A stretch of 64,000 nt of DNA from Candidatus Bathyarchaeum tardum (GCA_024650005.2 CP122380.1:256001-320000), one strand, 5' to 3'; numbered from the stretch's first letter, positions 10,701-19,832 are shown. Numbers and translations are program-made. The notes: generated by a model not told the origin, from the letters alone.

Positions 10701-11613
10701 CTATGCGGGTGTCCGAGAACAAAACGTCACCCTTGGTTTGCCTAGGCTTATCGAGATTGTTGACGCTCGCAGAAGTCCATCAACTCCTATTATGAACATT
10801 TACCTGGACAAAGAACACCGCAAGAGCAAAGAAAAAGCCACAGAAATTGCACGGGATGTTATCACCACAACTTTGGGTGATGTTGCAGCAGCTGAGCCTT
10901 ACGTTGATCCTGAACTAGAAGTAGTGGTTGTAGAACTTGATCCAGTACTTTGCAGTGAACGATGTGTGAATGTCGAAGGACTACCTGACGTTATCAAACT
11001 GACGAGCTATGATGTTAGTTTGGAAGAAAACCGTTTACTGTTCACGCCTAAGAAAGAAGTGGATATGAGTAAGCTTGTAGCTTCCCTTCCATCTGAACAC
11101 ATTAAAGGTGTGCCTGATATCCGTAGGGTTCTTGTTACTGAAGAAACTGGTGAATGGGTTATCCGAACAGACGGCTCTAACTTGTCTGCTGTTCTTGACG
11201 TTTCTGGTATTGATCCAACACGAACAACAACAAATAATGTTCACGAAATCGCCGAAACCTTGGGAATTGAAGCAGCAAGAAACTCCTTAATGAAAGAAGC
11301 CTTGGGTGTTCTTGAAGAACAAGGTCTAGACGTTGATATCCGACACGTTATGTTGATGGCAGACATCATGACTTCAACAGGTGATGTAAGACAAATCGGG
11401 CGACACGGAATCAGTGGAAAGAAATCCAGTGTTCTGGCCAGAGCAGCTTTCGAGATTACTGTTCCTAACCTTGTTGATGCAGCAATCAAAGGTTCCAGTG
11501 ATCCATTGAAAGGTGTAACCGAAAACGTTATAGTTGGCCAGTCGATACCCATCGGCACAGGTCTCGTTGATCTTTATATGACACCAACAAAGAACAGAGA
11601 GAAGAAACAATGA
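7792..11613 (+). CDS. rpoA: DNA-directed RNA polymerase subunit A, fused A'+A'' (Rpo1)
   Basis: CPGHFGH, YNADFDGDEMN, and A''-type AQSIGEPGTQMTLRTFH...GTG in one 1273-aa ORF. Confidence 0.98.
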   Translation: MSDDIIHKIIDELYFGLFSPQDIRRQSVAEIQTADTYDEDGAPITSGLMDGRLGTLEPRQRCKTCGNTAIRCPGHFGHIELAVPIIHIEFTKIIHNLLQTTCRNCGRVLLTESRVASVRAQIQEQIDLLGEVPPDFYKLITKEAKKKECPYCGAQQSKIDFAKPTTFYEVLEEEGAQRLTQSMIRERLERVPDDDLELFGFTPATARPEWMILQVLPVPPVYVRPSITLESGIRSEDDLTHKLVDIIRINQRLRENMEAGAPTLIIQDLSELLQYHCTTYFNNEASGIPPARHRSGRALKTISQRLKGKEGRFRSNLSGKRVDFSARTVVSPDPNLDINEVGVPQEIAMRLSMPEKVTVWNIEEMRKLIINGPENFPGALYVVRPDGKRVRLEFVIERDKVAESLETGFIVERHLMNGDIAIFNRQPSLHRMSIMAHYVRVLPHKTFRLHLCVCPPYNADFDGDEMNLHVPQGEEAQTEARMLMQVQDQILSPRFGGPIIGAIRDFITASYLFTRKASYLTKAEVCRLLVASGFDGELPEPEIKEPQPMWSGKQIFSLYLPKDLNYVLKSTICRNCKTCLGEDCENDAYVVVKNGVLKSGLIDRRSIGAEQSDSLLHRIIKDYGSEAGRKFLNDICQLLKVFIGMRGFTYSYDELELSDAARKKIRRNMNIIEKRIEKLITDYRAGTLPRLPGQTLNESFEIYVMNELAEARDKAGKVADEDFELENSGIIMTRTGARGSNLNIGQMTACVGQQAVRGKRIMRGYVNRALSHFKEGDPTPRARGFVYNSYQTGLDPIEYFFHAMGGREGLVDTAVRTQQSGYMQRRLINALEQLRVEYDGTVRNSIGDVIQITYGEDGVDPAKSDHGLAVNVSRIIDQVGIMVDKETPASKDYVMERLSEVEDRLTPLLVSELKNELKRAKFGKTGVDKAISLTLENYKRALVEPGEAVGIVAAQSIGEPGTQMTLRTFHYAGVREQNVTLGLPRLIEIVDARRSPSTPIMNIYLDKEHRKSKEKATEIARDVITTTLGDVAAAEPYVDPELEVVVVELDPVLCSERCVNVEGLPDVIKLTSYDVSLEENRLLFTPKKEVDMSKLVASLPSEHIKGVPDIRRVLVTEETGEWVIRTDGSNLSAVLDVSGIDPTRTTTNNVHEIAETLGIEAARNSLMKEALGVLEEQGLDVDIRHVMLMADIMTSTGDVRQIGRHGISGKKSSVLARAAFEITVPNLVDAAIKGSSDPLKGVTENVIVGQSIPIGTGLVDLYMTPTKNREKKQ

Positions 11614-11912
11614 TAGATGTCAACAAAGCAATAACAACAACTGCGAAAACTGGAAGAATTCAAATTGGAGCAAAAAGTGCACTGAAAAGTGCTAAAGCCA
11701 AAAAGGCCAAATTGATTATATTTGCTTCTAACTGTCCTTCTGGTATTCAAGAAGAGATTGAACAATACTGTAAGATTGCAGAAATTCCAGTATCCGTATT
11801 TAAAGGTGAAAGTACAGATCTAGGTGCACTATGTGGAAAACCCTACACCATTTGTGTTTTGACTGTTAAAGATCCTGGTGACTCACAGATTCTAAAAATC
11901 ACGGAGGAATAA
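11610..11912 (+). CDS. rpl30e: 50S ribosomal protein L30e
   Basis: KTG..IG, ASNCP, LGALCGKPY, DPGDS; conserved operon position. Confidence 0.95.
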   Translation: MIDVNKAITTTAKTGRIQIGAKSALKSAKAKKAKLIIFASNCPSGIQEEIEQYCKIAEIPVSVFKGESTDLGALCGKPYTICVLTVKDPGDSQILKITEE

Positions 11913-11917
11913 ACTGA

Positions 11918-12355
11918 ATGGCTTCTGGAATCAAGCTGACAAGTGTAGAAATGCGTTACATCGCCCTTTTTCAAAGCATAACCGGTGCAACAGTGAAAGA
12001 CTGCATAGTTGACGAAGACCTCAACAGAATCATCTTTGTCGTCAAAGAAGGCTCTATTGGCATGGCAATCGGCAAACGAGGAAAAAACATACATCAACTA
12101 GAAAAAATGACTGGCAAAAAACACGAAATCATTGAACACTCTGAAAATCCTGCCCAGTTCATCAAAAACGCACTCAAACCCGCTAAAGTAGACGAAGTAC
12201 GAATAACTGAACGGATGGATGGAAAAAAAATCGCAGTAATATCTGTTAACCCCAAAGACAAGGGCGTCGCCATAGGCAAAAACGGCAGAAACGCTGAAAG
12301 AATCCGCTTTCTAGCAAAACGCTATTTCAACATTCAAAACGTCAGCATAACATAG
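11918..12355 (+). CDS. nusA: Archaeal NusA (two KH domains)
   Basis: AIGKRGKNI and AIGKNGRN KH motifs; follows rpl30e. Confidence 0.95.
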   Translation: MASGIKLTSVEMRYIALFQSITGATVKDCIVDEDLNRIIFVVKEGSIGMAIGKRGKNIHQLEKMTGKKHEIIEHSENPAQFIKNALKPAKVDEVRITERMDGKKIAVISVNPKDKGVAIGKNGRNAERIRFLAKRYFNIQNVSIT

Positions 12356-12440
12356 CATTTTCTTTAGCTAAAACAAATTTGTGCTTTTCTCCATTAGTTA
12401 ATAATAATATATTGTGGGTTTATATGGCCTATTCAAATCA

Positions 12441-12495
12441 GTTGGTCAAAGAACTTTGACTAACATTTTCATTTATTTGGTCAAGAAACTTTGAT
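12441..12495. promoter_or_regulatory. Tandem palindromic GTCAA-N6-TTGAC/T sites upstream of the NosD-type gene
   Basis: GTCAAAGAACTTTGAC at 12445-12460 and GTCAAGAAACTTTGAT at 12480-12495; a third copy at 3109-3124. Confidence 0.45.
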
Positions 12496-12537
12496 AAAAA
12501 CCTTTTTTATTAAATTTCTAATAGAAAATAAATTGTT

Positions 12538-14721
12538 ATGCAAACTAGCTTTAGAAAACAGGCTTCAGTGGCAGGTTTGTGTTTTGTTCTTTGTTTTGTT
12601 TTAGTTTCTGGTCCCGTTGTTCGAATTGTTAATGCACGACCTAGTACACTTGTTGTTCCTGACGTTTATTCGACGATTCAGAACGCAATCGATAATGCTG
12701 ATGATGGAGATATTGTATATGTAAAAAGTGGCGAATATTTGGAATATCTGGTTGTGGATAAATCTGTTTCACTTGTTGGTGAAAATAAGGAAACAACAAT
12801 AGTTTATCGACGTGACCAAGCTTATCCTGACGTATATCCTACAATTTTGGTAAGAGCGGATAACGTGAATATTACTGGGTTCACGATACGAAATAATGTT
12901 TCTGCTCCTTCTTTGATTCCGAGTGGAGCCGTTAACTCCCATTCTGCTGTCCATTTACTAAATGTTAAAGATTGTAATTTGGTTGGAAACATTATTATTG
13001 ACAGCGGATATGGTGTCTGGCTTTTTGATGCATCAGAAAACAAGGTTTCTGGTAATTTAATCATGAATTGTGCTCATGGAATTTTGGTTGATAAATCTTT
13101 AAACAATACTATAGTTGAGAACACTATTTCAGGCTCCAGTAATGGCATTTTACTTTCATCTTCTGGATGTAACACTCTTAGGAAAAATAGTATTTTGAAT
13201 TCTTCCCATAATTTTGGAGTAACAGGCTCTGAACTGTCACACTTCATGAATGATGTTGATGCATCAAACACAATTAACAATAGCGAAATATACTACCTTG
13301 TCAACAAAAAGAATCTAATAATAGATCCAGTTACATTTCCAGACTTAGCAGCACTAATACTTGTAAACTGCACCGACATAAAAGTCCAAAACTTGAATAT
13401 AACTAACAATTATTGTGGGCTACATCTTTTTAATGTTACAAGTTGCACTATAGCCCAAAATATTTTTTCAAATAATAATGGTGGTATTTGGCTTCAGTTC
13501 GTTTCTGATTGTGTCATTTCTGAGAATAATGTGGTCGCAAACGCTGATTGGGGAATTCGGGTAGAAAATTCACAAGATATTCTCATAACTGGAAATAACT
13601 CAACTTACAATCAACTACTGAGCATTATGCTTGTCAATTCTGATAACAATACTATTGTTGACAATAATGTGACAAACTTTCGCTTCAATCAAAATAACGG
13701 AGGAGAAAAACCGTTCTATTTAGAGTCCTCGAACAACAACTGCATCATAAATAATCAAATATTTGACGACAGAGGCTTGCATGGAATATCCCTTATTGAT
13801 TCTTCTTATAATCTTTTGAGTTCAAACAATGTTACAATTGGTGGACCTGGAATAGACATCAGAGGTGCATCATGTTACAACAAAATAGTCAGCAACAACT
13901 TTACAACTGACCGAGGAAGTTATGGAGTGAGCCTTTTTTCATCGTTTAACACCTTTATTGGAAATTATATCTATAATTTTTCAAATGGATTCCACTCCTC
14001 TCATTCCTCACATAATTTAATTACTGAAAACACAATCGAAAGCAAATCAGCAAGTTTCTATTTTTACAATTTCAGCAATAACCAGATTTATCACAACAAT
14101 ATTCAAGGGCAAAGAGTTTGGGATTTGGGCAGAGACCAACCAGGTAGAATCGTTTCAGTTAATCAATGGGACAATGGCATCGAAGGTAACTACTGGAGTG
14201 ATTATGCAGTAAATGGCACTGACGGGTTCGGTATTGGCGAACAGTCATATTTTATTGATGACGACAACCAAGACAATTACCCGCTTATTTCCCCTGTTAA
14301 AGTGTTTGATGCCGGACTATGGGAAGGAACACCGTACACTGTTAGTGTAATTAGCAATTCATCAGTTTCAGATTTTTCCTTCATCCCTGATGGCAAAATA
14401 AACTTTAAAGTTGAAGGTGAAACTGGAACTGCAGGTTTTTGCCGAGTAACAATTCCTAAAGACCTTTTGGATGCTGAAGAAAACAGTTGGAGTGTTTTAG
14501 TAAACGATGATTTGGTAACCCCAACAATAAACATGGACACAAAAAACACATTGCTGAACTTCACTTATAGTCACAATGTAACAACTATTAAAATAACTGG
14601 AACCACTGCAATTCCAGAGTTTCTTTCATGGATTCTTGTGCCTCTGTTTTTGGCTTTAACTTTAGCTATTTGTTTGTGTAAAAAAAAGTTGTTCATTACA
14701 ACTGTTTGGCAGTCAAATTAA
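12538..14721 (+). CDS. Secreted NosD/right-handed parallel beta-helix surface protein with IPEF-TM C-terminal anchor
   Basis: Signal peptide, VPD.YSTIQ.AID, Asn-rich PbH1 repeats, GNYWSDY, DNYPL, IPEF + TM + basic tail. Confidence 0.9.
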   Translation: MQTSFRKQASVAGLCFVLCFVLVSGPVVRIVNARPSTLVVPDVYSTIQNAIDNADDGDIVYVKSGEYLEYLVVDKSVSLVGENKETTIVYRRDQAYPDVYPTILVRADNVNITGFTIRNNVSAPSLIPSGAVNSHSAVHLLNVKDCNLVGNIIIDSGYGVWLFDASENKVSGNLIMNCAHGILVDKSLNNTIVENTISGSSNGILLSSSGCNTLRKNSILNSSHNFGVTGSELSHFMNDVDASNTINNSEIYYLVNKKNLIIDPVTFPDLAALILVNCTDIKVQNLNITNNYCGLHLFNVTSCTIAQNIFSNNNGGIWLQFVSDCVISENNVVANADWGIRVENSQDILITGNNSTYNQLLSIMLVNSDNNTIVDNNVTNFRFNQNNGGEKPFYLESSNNNCIINNQIFDDRGLHGISLIDSSYNLLSSNNVTIGGPGIDIRGASCYNKIVSNNFTTDRGSYGVSLFSSFNTFIGNYIYNFSNGFHSSHSSHNLITENTIESKSASFYFYNFSNNQIYHNNIQGQRVWDLGRDQPGRIVSVNQWDNGIEGNYWSDYAVNGTDGFGIGEQSYFIDDDNQDNYPLISPVKVFDAGLWEGTPYTVSVISNSSVSDFSFIPDGKINFKVEGETGTAGFCRVTIPKDLLDAEENSWSVLVNDDLVTPTINMDTKNTLLNFTYSHNVTTIKITGTTAIPEFLSWILVPLFLALTLAICLCKKKLFITTVWQSN

Positions 14722-14766
14722 TTGTCTTCTTGAACTGAGTGTTAACCTTTTTCTCAAATATGCGGG

Positions 14767-17181
14767 TTACTGATTATTCTTTTTTGAAAGCATCTTTTCT
14801 AGTCTGGGACGCATTTTTTCGTTTTCAGCTATTATTTTTTCTGGACCTAAACCTTCTATCTGTTCAGTCATTTCTTTCATGACTTGTGCAAATTTTACTC
14901 CTTCTGCGGCTGAAATGTATTCTACTCTGAGGCGTTCTTTGCTCATTCCCATTTTTTGTAAAACTTTGGAAAGAGCTTCCATACGTTTAGTCATCTGAAC
15001 GTTACCTGAAATGTAGTGACAATCAAACGGTAAGTGACATGCCCCAATCATAACCATTGCAGCTCCTTGCCTGAATGCTTCTAAAACAAAATCTTTGTCT
15101 ACCCTGCCGGCACACATCACACGAATAGCACGCATATATGGTGGATACTCAAAGCGGCTTGTTCCTGCAAGGTCAGCTCCGGCATAGCTGCACCAGTTGC
15201 ACAAAAATCCAAGTATCTTTCCTTCAGGATTCTTTTCTAACGCTGCGTCTATCTGAGCTTTTATCTGATCATCAGTGAAATGCTTTTGTGTAATCGCATC
15301 AACAGGACATTCTGCAACACAGGTTCCGCAACCATGACACATTGCAGCTGTAACTTCAGCAACTTTGCCTTTTTCTCCAACTATTGCACTGTACGGACAC
15401 ACAGTAGCACAGATTCCACACTTGATACAAATGTCTGAATCAACTTCAGCGATTATTGGCTCTACCTTCCATGTGTCCTGAGAAAGGATCGTAGCTGCCC
15501 TGGCTGCTGCTCCACTTCCTTGAGCGACACTGTATGGGATGTCTTTTGGTCCTTGGCAGGCTCCAGCTAAAAATATGCCATCAACCGGTGTGTCTAATGG
15601 TTTTAGTTTGGGGTGGCTTTCCATGAAAAAACCGTCTGTGCCTCGTGTTATGCTCAAGATTCGGGCGACTTCTTCTGTTCCTTTGCTTGGAATAGCAGCA
15701 GTGCTCAAGACCACCATTTCAGATTCGATTTCTATGGGTTCCCCGAGCATGCTGTCTTCGGCACGAATTAAAAGATTTTTTGTTTCAGGAATTTCTTCTA
15801 TTTGGGCTACTCGTCCTTGAATAAAATTTACTCCCAGCTCCCGGGCTCTACGGTAGAATTGTTCGTAACCTTTAAAGTTAGTGCGCATGTCCAGATAGAA
15901 GATGTTGACATCCACCTCGTCATGATACTTTTCTTTCAAAAGCACTGCATTTTTTATTGCATACATGCAACAAAAGCCTGAACAGTATTCGTATCTGTTG
16001 ATGTCTCTAGAGCCTACACATTGAATAAATGACACTGAATTAGGTTTTTTTCCATCAGATGCTCGAATAACTTTACCGCTTGTAGGACCTGCAGCCAAAA
16101 TCAGGCGTTCAAACTCCATGGCTGTAATGACGTTGTCAAATCTGCTGTAGCCATACTGGATGTCTTGGTATGGCTTGTATACATCAAAACCTGTAGAGAC
16201 AATTATTGTTCCCACTTCTAGTTCTATTTCTTCTTCTTTTTGGTCAAAATTAATTGCTTCACGGGCACCACACGCGTCCACGCATTTGTAACACTCAATA
16301 CAATAGTCCCTGTTAATCGTGTAAACCAAAGGCACTGCCTGATCAAACGGAACCGAAATGGCCTTACGAACCCCCAAACTTTCATCCCATTCATTAGGAA
16401 TCTCAATGGGACAAACGTCCCTGCATTCACCACAGCCGGTGCAATCTTTAGCAACAACGTATCTGGGCTTCTTTTTTATTTTAACCTTAAAGTTGCCGAC
16501 AAACCCTTCCACGCTGACAAGGTCTGCAAAAGAAACAATTTCAATGTTCGGATGACGATAAACGTCAACCATCTTTGGACCTTCAATACAAATGGAACAA
16601 TCTAACGTTGGAAAGGTTTTATCCAACGCAGCCATATGACCGCCGATGCTTTCGGTTTTTTCTAACAGGTAAACTTTGTAACCCATGTCCGCTAGATCTA
16701 GAGCAGAACAAATTCCAGCAATTCCCCCACCGATTATTAGTGCCCTGTTTGTGACAGGAACTTCCATTGTTTTAAGATCTTCAAGCAATCTTGCCTTGGC
16801 AACGGCCATTTTCACAATTTCTTTAGCTTTTTCGGTTGCCTCTTTCGGGGTGCTTCCGTGGCACCACGAAGCAAATTCACGAATGTTTGCCATTTCAAAC
16901 AAGTAAGGATTCAAACCCGCATCAGAAACTGTTCGCCGAAAAGTTGGTTCATGCATACGAGGAGAACACGCTGCAACAACAACCCGGTTTAGGTCGTGTT
17001 CTTTGATGGCTTTCCGTATTTCCTCTTGCCCCGGGTCGGCACAAGTGTAACGGTTGTCTGTAGCTACAATAACATTAGGCAATGTCTTGGCATATTCTGT
17101 TAACTCTTTTACGTCAATTACGCCAGCAATGTTCAAACCACAATGACAGACAAACACACCAATTCTGGGTTCTTCAGGCAA
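14767..17181 (-). CDS. hdrA: Heterodisulfide reductase subunit A fused to C-terminal MvhD domain
   Basis: GVFVCHCG.NI, ACSPRMHE, GGGIAG, KTFPTLDC, QCVGSRD..CSGFCC, then FLCNWCSYAGADLAG...RVMCAGRV...GACH...DCHY. Confidence 0.95.
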   Translation of the reverse strand: MPEEPRIGVFVCHCGLNIAGVIDVKELTEYAKTLPNVIVATDNRYTCADPGQEEIRKAIKEHDLNRVVVAACSPRMHEPTFRRTVSDAGLNPYLFEMANIREFASWCHGSTPKEATEKAKEIVKMAVAKARLLEDLKTMEVPVTNRALIIGGGIAGICSALDLADMGYKVYLLEKTESIGGHMAALDKTFPTLDCSICIEGPKMVDVYRHPNIEIVSFADLVSVEGFVGNFKVKIKKKPRYVVAKDCTGCGECRDVCPIEIPNEWDESLGVRKAISVPFDQAVPLVYTINRDYCIECYKCVDACGAREAINFDQKEEEIELEVGTIIVSTGFDVYKPYQDIQYGYSRFDNVITAMEFERLILAAGPTSGKVIRASDGKKPNSVSFIQCVGSRDINRYEYCSGFCCMYAIKNAVLLKEKYHDEVDVNIFYLDMRTNFKGYEQFYRRARELGVNFIQGRVAQIEEIPETKNLLIRAEDSMLGEPIEIESEMVVLSTAAIPSKGTEEVARILSITRGTDGFFMESHPKLKPLDTPVDGIFLAGACQGPKDIPYSVAQGSGAAARAATILSQDTWKVEPIIAEVDSDICIKCGICATVCPYSAIVGEKGKVAEVTAAMCHGCGTCVAECPVDAITQKHFTDDQIKAQIDAALEKNPEGKILGFLCNWCSYAGADLAGTSRFEYPPYMRAIRVMCAGRVDKDFVLEAFRQGAAMVMIGACHLPFDCHYISGNVQMTKRMEALSKVLQKMGMSKERLRVEYISAAEGVKFAQVMKEMTEQIEGLGPEKIIAENEKMRPRLEKMLSKKNNQ

Positions 17182-18126
17182 CTATTTTTCCTCCTGGGGG
17201 AACCTGTTCTCAACAGACTGTTTTCGACGTTTTGTACTTTTTGTTTGCAACTCCTTTGTTACAGCCTTTATCGACGCCAGCTTTTCCAATGCAGTATTCC
17301 AGGCTCCAGAATGAACTGGAGTATGCTGAATCTGAGTCCGCTCAAGAGTCAACGTCCCTTCCTTGGGGCAAACCATTTTGCAAACTCCACAATAAACACA
17401 ATTTTGCTCGTTAAACTGAACTTTTCCATCGTCAGACAAAACCAAAACTCCTAGAATCGGACAAACATCCACACAATCGCTGCAGCCATCTGGACACTTT
17501 TCTTGATTGATTTTTAGGTTTCCTTTTATTATTTTTTCTACATGAACAACGTTGTTTTCCACTTCTGTTTCACATAACCTACAACAAGGACAAGAATCTT
17601 TATCGATTTCCAGAGTAACTTTAAGATTTTGTTTGTCTGAAACTTTACTCAAATCCAAAACTTCTTTTCCGTCTGCAGTCTTAGCAGTTACCTTGATTAA
17701 ATCTAATGGACAAACCTGCTCAAGTTCTTTACATTTTATGTTGCATCTGTTTTGGTCGATTTCGATGTTTCTTGTAAGCTCAGGAAAACTTTCACTTTCA
17801 ACAACCGGACGGGCATGTTCGCCATTAATTTCAACTTTTAATGCTCCAAAAAGACAAATGGCGTCACACATTCCACAGAAATTACACTTTTCTTTGTTAA
17901 GGCTAATTGTTGGATGGTTTACTTTTTCGCCCTCTTTCTTTTTAGGCTTTATTGTTTCGATTGCTTCTCGGGGACAAATCTGTTCACAGATGCCGCAGCC
18001 TTTGCATTTGTTTTTATCCAAAGTTAAACTGTAGTTTTTGGTGTGCAAAATCCTCTCTATAATGAGTTTGTTGTCTTCTTCTTTTTTGAGCAACTTTATG
18101 GGCGTTTTTCTACCCACCCGAAACAT
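17182..18126 (-). CDS. Polyferredoxin (FwdF-like 4Fe-4S protein)
   Basis: Multiple CxxCxxCxxxC motifs; C-terminal HSGAWN; abuts hdrA. Confidence 0.8.
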   Translation of the reverse strand: MFRVGRKTPIKLLKKEEDNKLIIERILHTKNYSLTLDKNKCKGCGICEQICPREAIETIKPKKKEGEKVNHPTISLNKEKCNFCGMCDAICLFGALKVEINGEHARPVVESESFPELTRNIEIDQNRCNIKCKELEQVCPLDLIKVTAKTADGKEVLDLSKVSDKQNLKVTLEIDKDSCPCCRLCETEVENNVVHVEKIIKGNLKINQEKCPDGCSDCVDVCPILGVLVLSDDGKVQFNEQNCVYCGVCKMVCPKEGTLTLERTQIQHTPVHSGAWNTALEKLASIKAVTKELQTKSTKRRKQSVENRFPQEEK

Positions 18127-18267
18127 GTTTATCTATTTTAAAAGGCGATTTCATCCTTTTGGTTGAAAATTAGGTTCCGTGAGTGGTTATAAACCTTGTC
18201 ACTGTTGTTGACTATTTTTGGTAGTGTTTAAAAACGTCTGTTCTTAGTCTTTGTTGAGGAACAGTTC

Positions 18268-19314
18268 ATGGAACGCATAACTATGGCCCATGGCGCAGGC
18301 GGCACCGTCATGGCTGCTCTGATAAAAAATCATGTGGTCAAATACCTTGGGGGAAGCCACGCCGAAATTCCCCTAGAAGCCTTAGACGACTCCGCAGTAA
18401 TTGATAACATAGTTTTAAAATCTGATTCCCACGCAGTAAAACCCCTGTTCTTTCCAGGTGGTGACATCGGACGTCTTTCCATAGCTGGAACAGTAAATGA
18501 TATTTCAATGATAGGAGCCCAACCCGTCGCTCTTACTTGCGGAATGATCCTTGAAGAAGGACTTCCTATCAGCGACCTAGATAAAATCTTACAGAGCATG
18601 AAACAAGCCTGTGAAGAAGCCGGAGTTTACGTTGTTACTGGTGACACTAAAGTCATCGAAAAAAGCGGGTTTGGCGGATGCCTAATCAACACGTCAGGAA
18701 TCGGAAAAAGAAGCGAAGCATTAGAATACAACATTAGTGAAGTAAAAAAACATCGAAATTTCAAGCACCGTTGGTTGTTGGATTCCAATTTGCAAGATGG
18801 TGACAAACTAATAGTTTCTGGCACAGTAGGCGACCATGGAATAACTGTTTTGTCTGCCCAAGAAGGCTACAACTTTGGAAGTAATATTGTCTCGGATGTT
18901 GCACCTTTGAACAAGACAGTACAAAAAATTCTTGAAGTTGGAGGAATTGTTGCAATGAAAGACCCAACCCGTGGGGGTTTATCTAACTCGTTGAATGAAT
19001 GGAGCCAAAAATCCAACGTGGGTTTGATGGTGCACGAGTCAAAAATCCCTATTCGGGGTGATGTCAGGGCTGCGTGTGAAATGCTTGGGTTAGACGCCCT
19101 AGAAATTGGTAATGAAGGCAAAGTGCTAATTGGTGTTGTTCCGCAAAAAGCTGAAGAAGTTTTGTCAGTTCTGAGACAAACCAAAGAAGGCAAGAACGCC
19201 CAGATAATCGGTGAGGCAACCTGTGACTTTACTGAAGTAGTACTAGAAACCGTAGTGGGAGGAAAACGAATCTTAGCTCCACCCGTTGGAGACCCTATTC
19301 CAAGAATCTGCTAA
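18268..19314 (+). CDS. hypE: Hydrogenase maturation protein HypE
   Basis: MAHGAGG, PLFFPGGDIG, TGDTKV, DPTRGG, C-terminal PRIC. Confidence 0.97.
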   Translation: MERITMAHGAGGTVMAALIKNHVVKYLGGSHAEIPLEALDDSAVIDNIVLKSDSHAVKPLFFPGGDIGRLSIAGTVNDISMIGAQPVALTCGMILEEGLPISDLDKILQSMKQACEEAGVYVVTGDTKVIEKSGFGGCLINTSGIGKRSEALEYNISEVKKHRNFKHRWLLDSNLQDGDKLIVSGTVGDHGITVLSAQEGYNFGSNIVSDVAPLNKTVQKILEVGGIVAMKDPTRGGLSNSLNEWSQKSNVGLMVHESKIPIRGDVRAACEMLGLDALEIGNEGKVLIGVVPQKAEEVLSVLRQTKEGKNAQIIGEATCDFTEVVLETVVGGKRILAPPVGDPIPRIC

Positions 19315-19460
19315 AACAAACTCAATCTATGGTTTTATAAACAAGTATTCTTTACTTCCCATTGTTTATTCATAGGTAAGCCAAACAACCCATATTTTTA
19401 TTGACATAAATATGTTAAAAAAAATTTTACAATTTGATTTTCATGATGTCTAACTCTGCG

Positions 19461-19474
19461 ATAAAGTATATACT
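19461..19474 (+). promoter_or_regulatory. Putative BRE/TATA promoter of the structured RNA
   Basis: ATAAAGTATATACT centred about 28 nt upstream of 19498. Confidence 0.5.
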
Positions 19475-19497
19475 CAGCTATATCTTTATAATATAAT

Positions 19498-19736
19498 ATC
19501 CCCGAGTTGGGGAGCATGCTCTGGTATTGCATTGAAGCAATTGAGCATACTACTCGAAACGGCTGAAGATTGGTATGCGACAAAGACTTTGCTTCTAAAG
19601 GGCTGAACAATACCTAAAGTGCAATGCGCATAGGCATCGAGTGCGTCCTTCAAAAAGACTGACGACAAACGCACGAATAAAACGATGTCCATGACGGGTC
19701 TAACATGCACCGAGGGCTTAGACTCAACTCGGGGAT
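19498..19736 (+). ncRNA. Unidentified ~240-nt structured non-coding RNA
   Basis: 12-bp terminal helix ATCCCCGAGTTG/CAACTCGGGGAT, six nested internal helices (three with G-U pairs), upstream TATA, downstream T-tract, no credible ORF. Confidence 0.7.
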
Positions 19737-19832
19737 TTTTGTTTTTCTACAAATTTAGGATTACAGTTTCCATTTTTTTGCCAAAAAAATTGGAGCTCAC
19801 AAAATACGCCTAGGTTAATTGGGATGTGAACC

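Noticed and set aside
19554-19680. Hammerhead ribozyme (CTGANGA twice, plus CGAAAC)
   Set aside because: GAAAC precedes CTGAAGA by only 2 nt, and the second CTGACGA has no stem II followed by GAAA, so the core cannot form
19398-19710. Short ORFs over the structured region, including a + strand frame with an internal TGA
   Set aside because: No RBS or recognisable protein pattern, and the nested helices explain the sequence better; no support for selenocysteine
19498-19736. SRP RNA, RNase P RNA, or FMN/fluoride riboswitch identity for the structured RNA
   Set aside because: The diagnostic conserved sequences of these families were not found on either strand by eye; needs confirmation with Infernal
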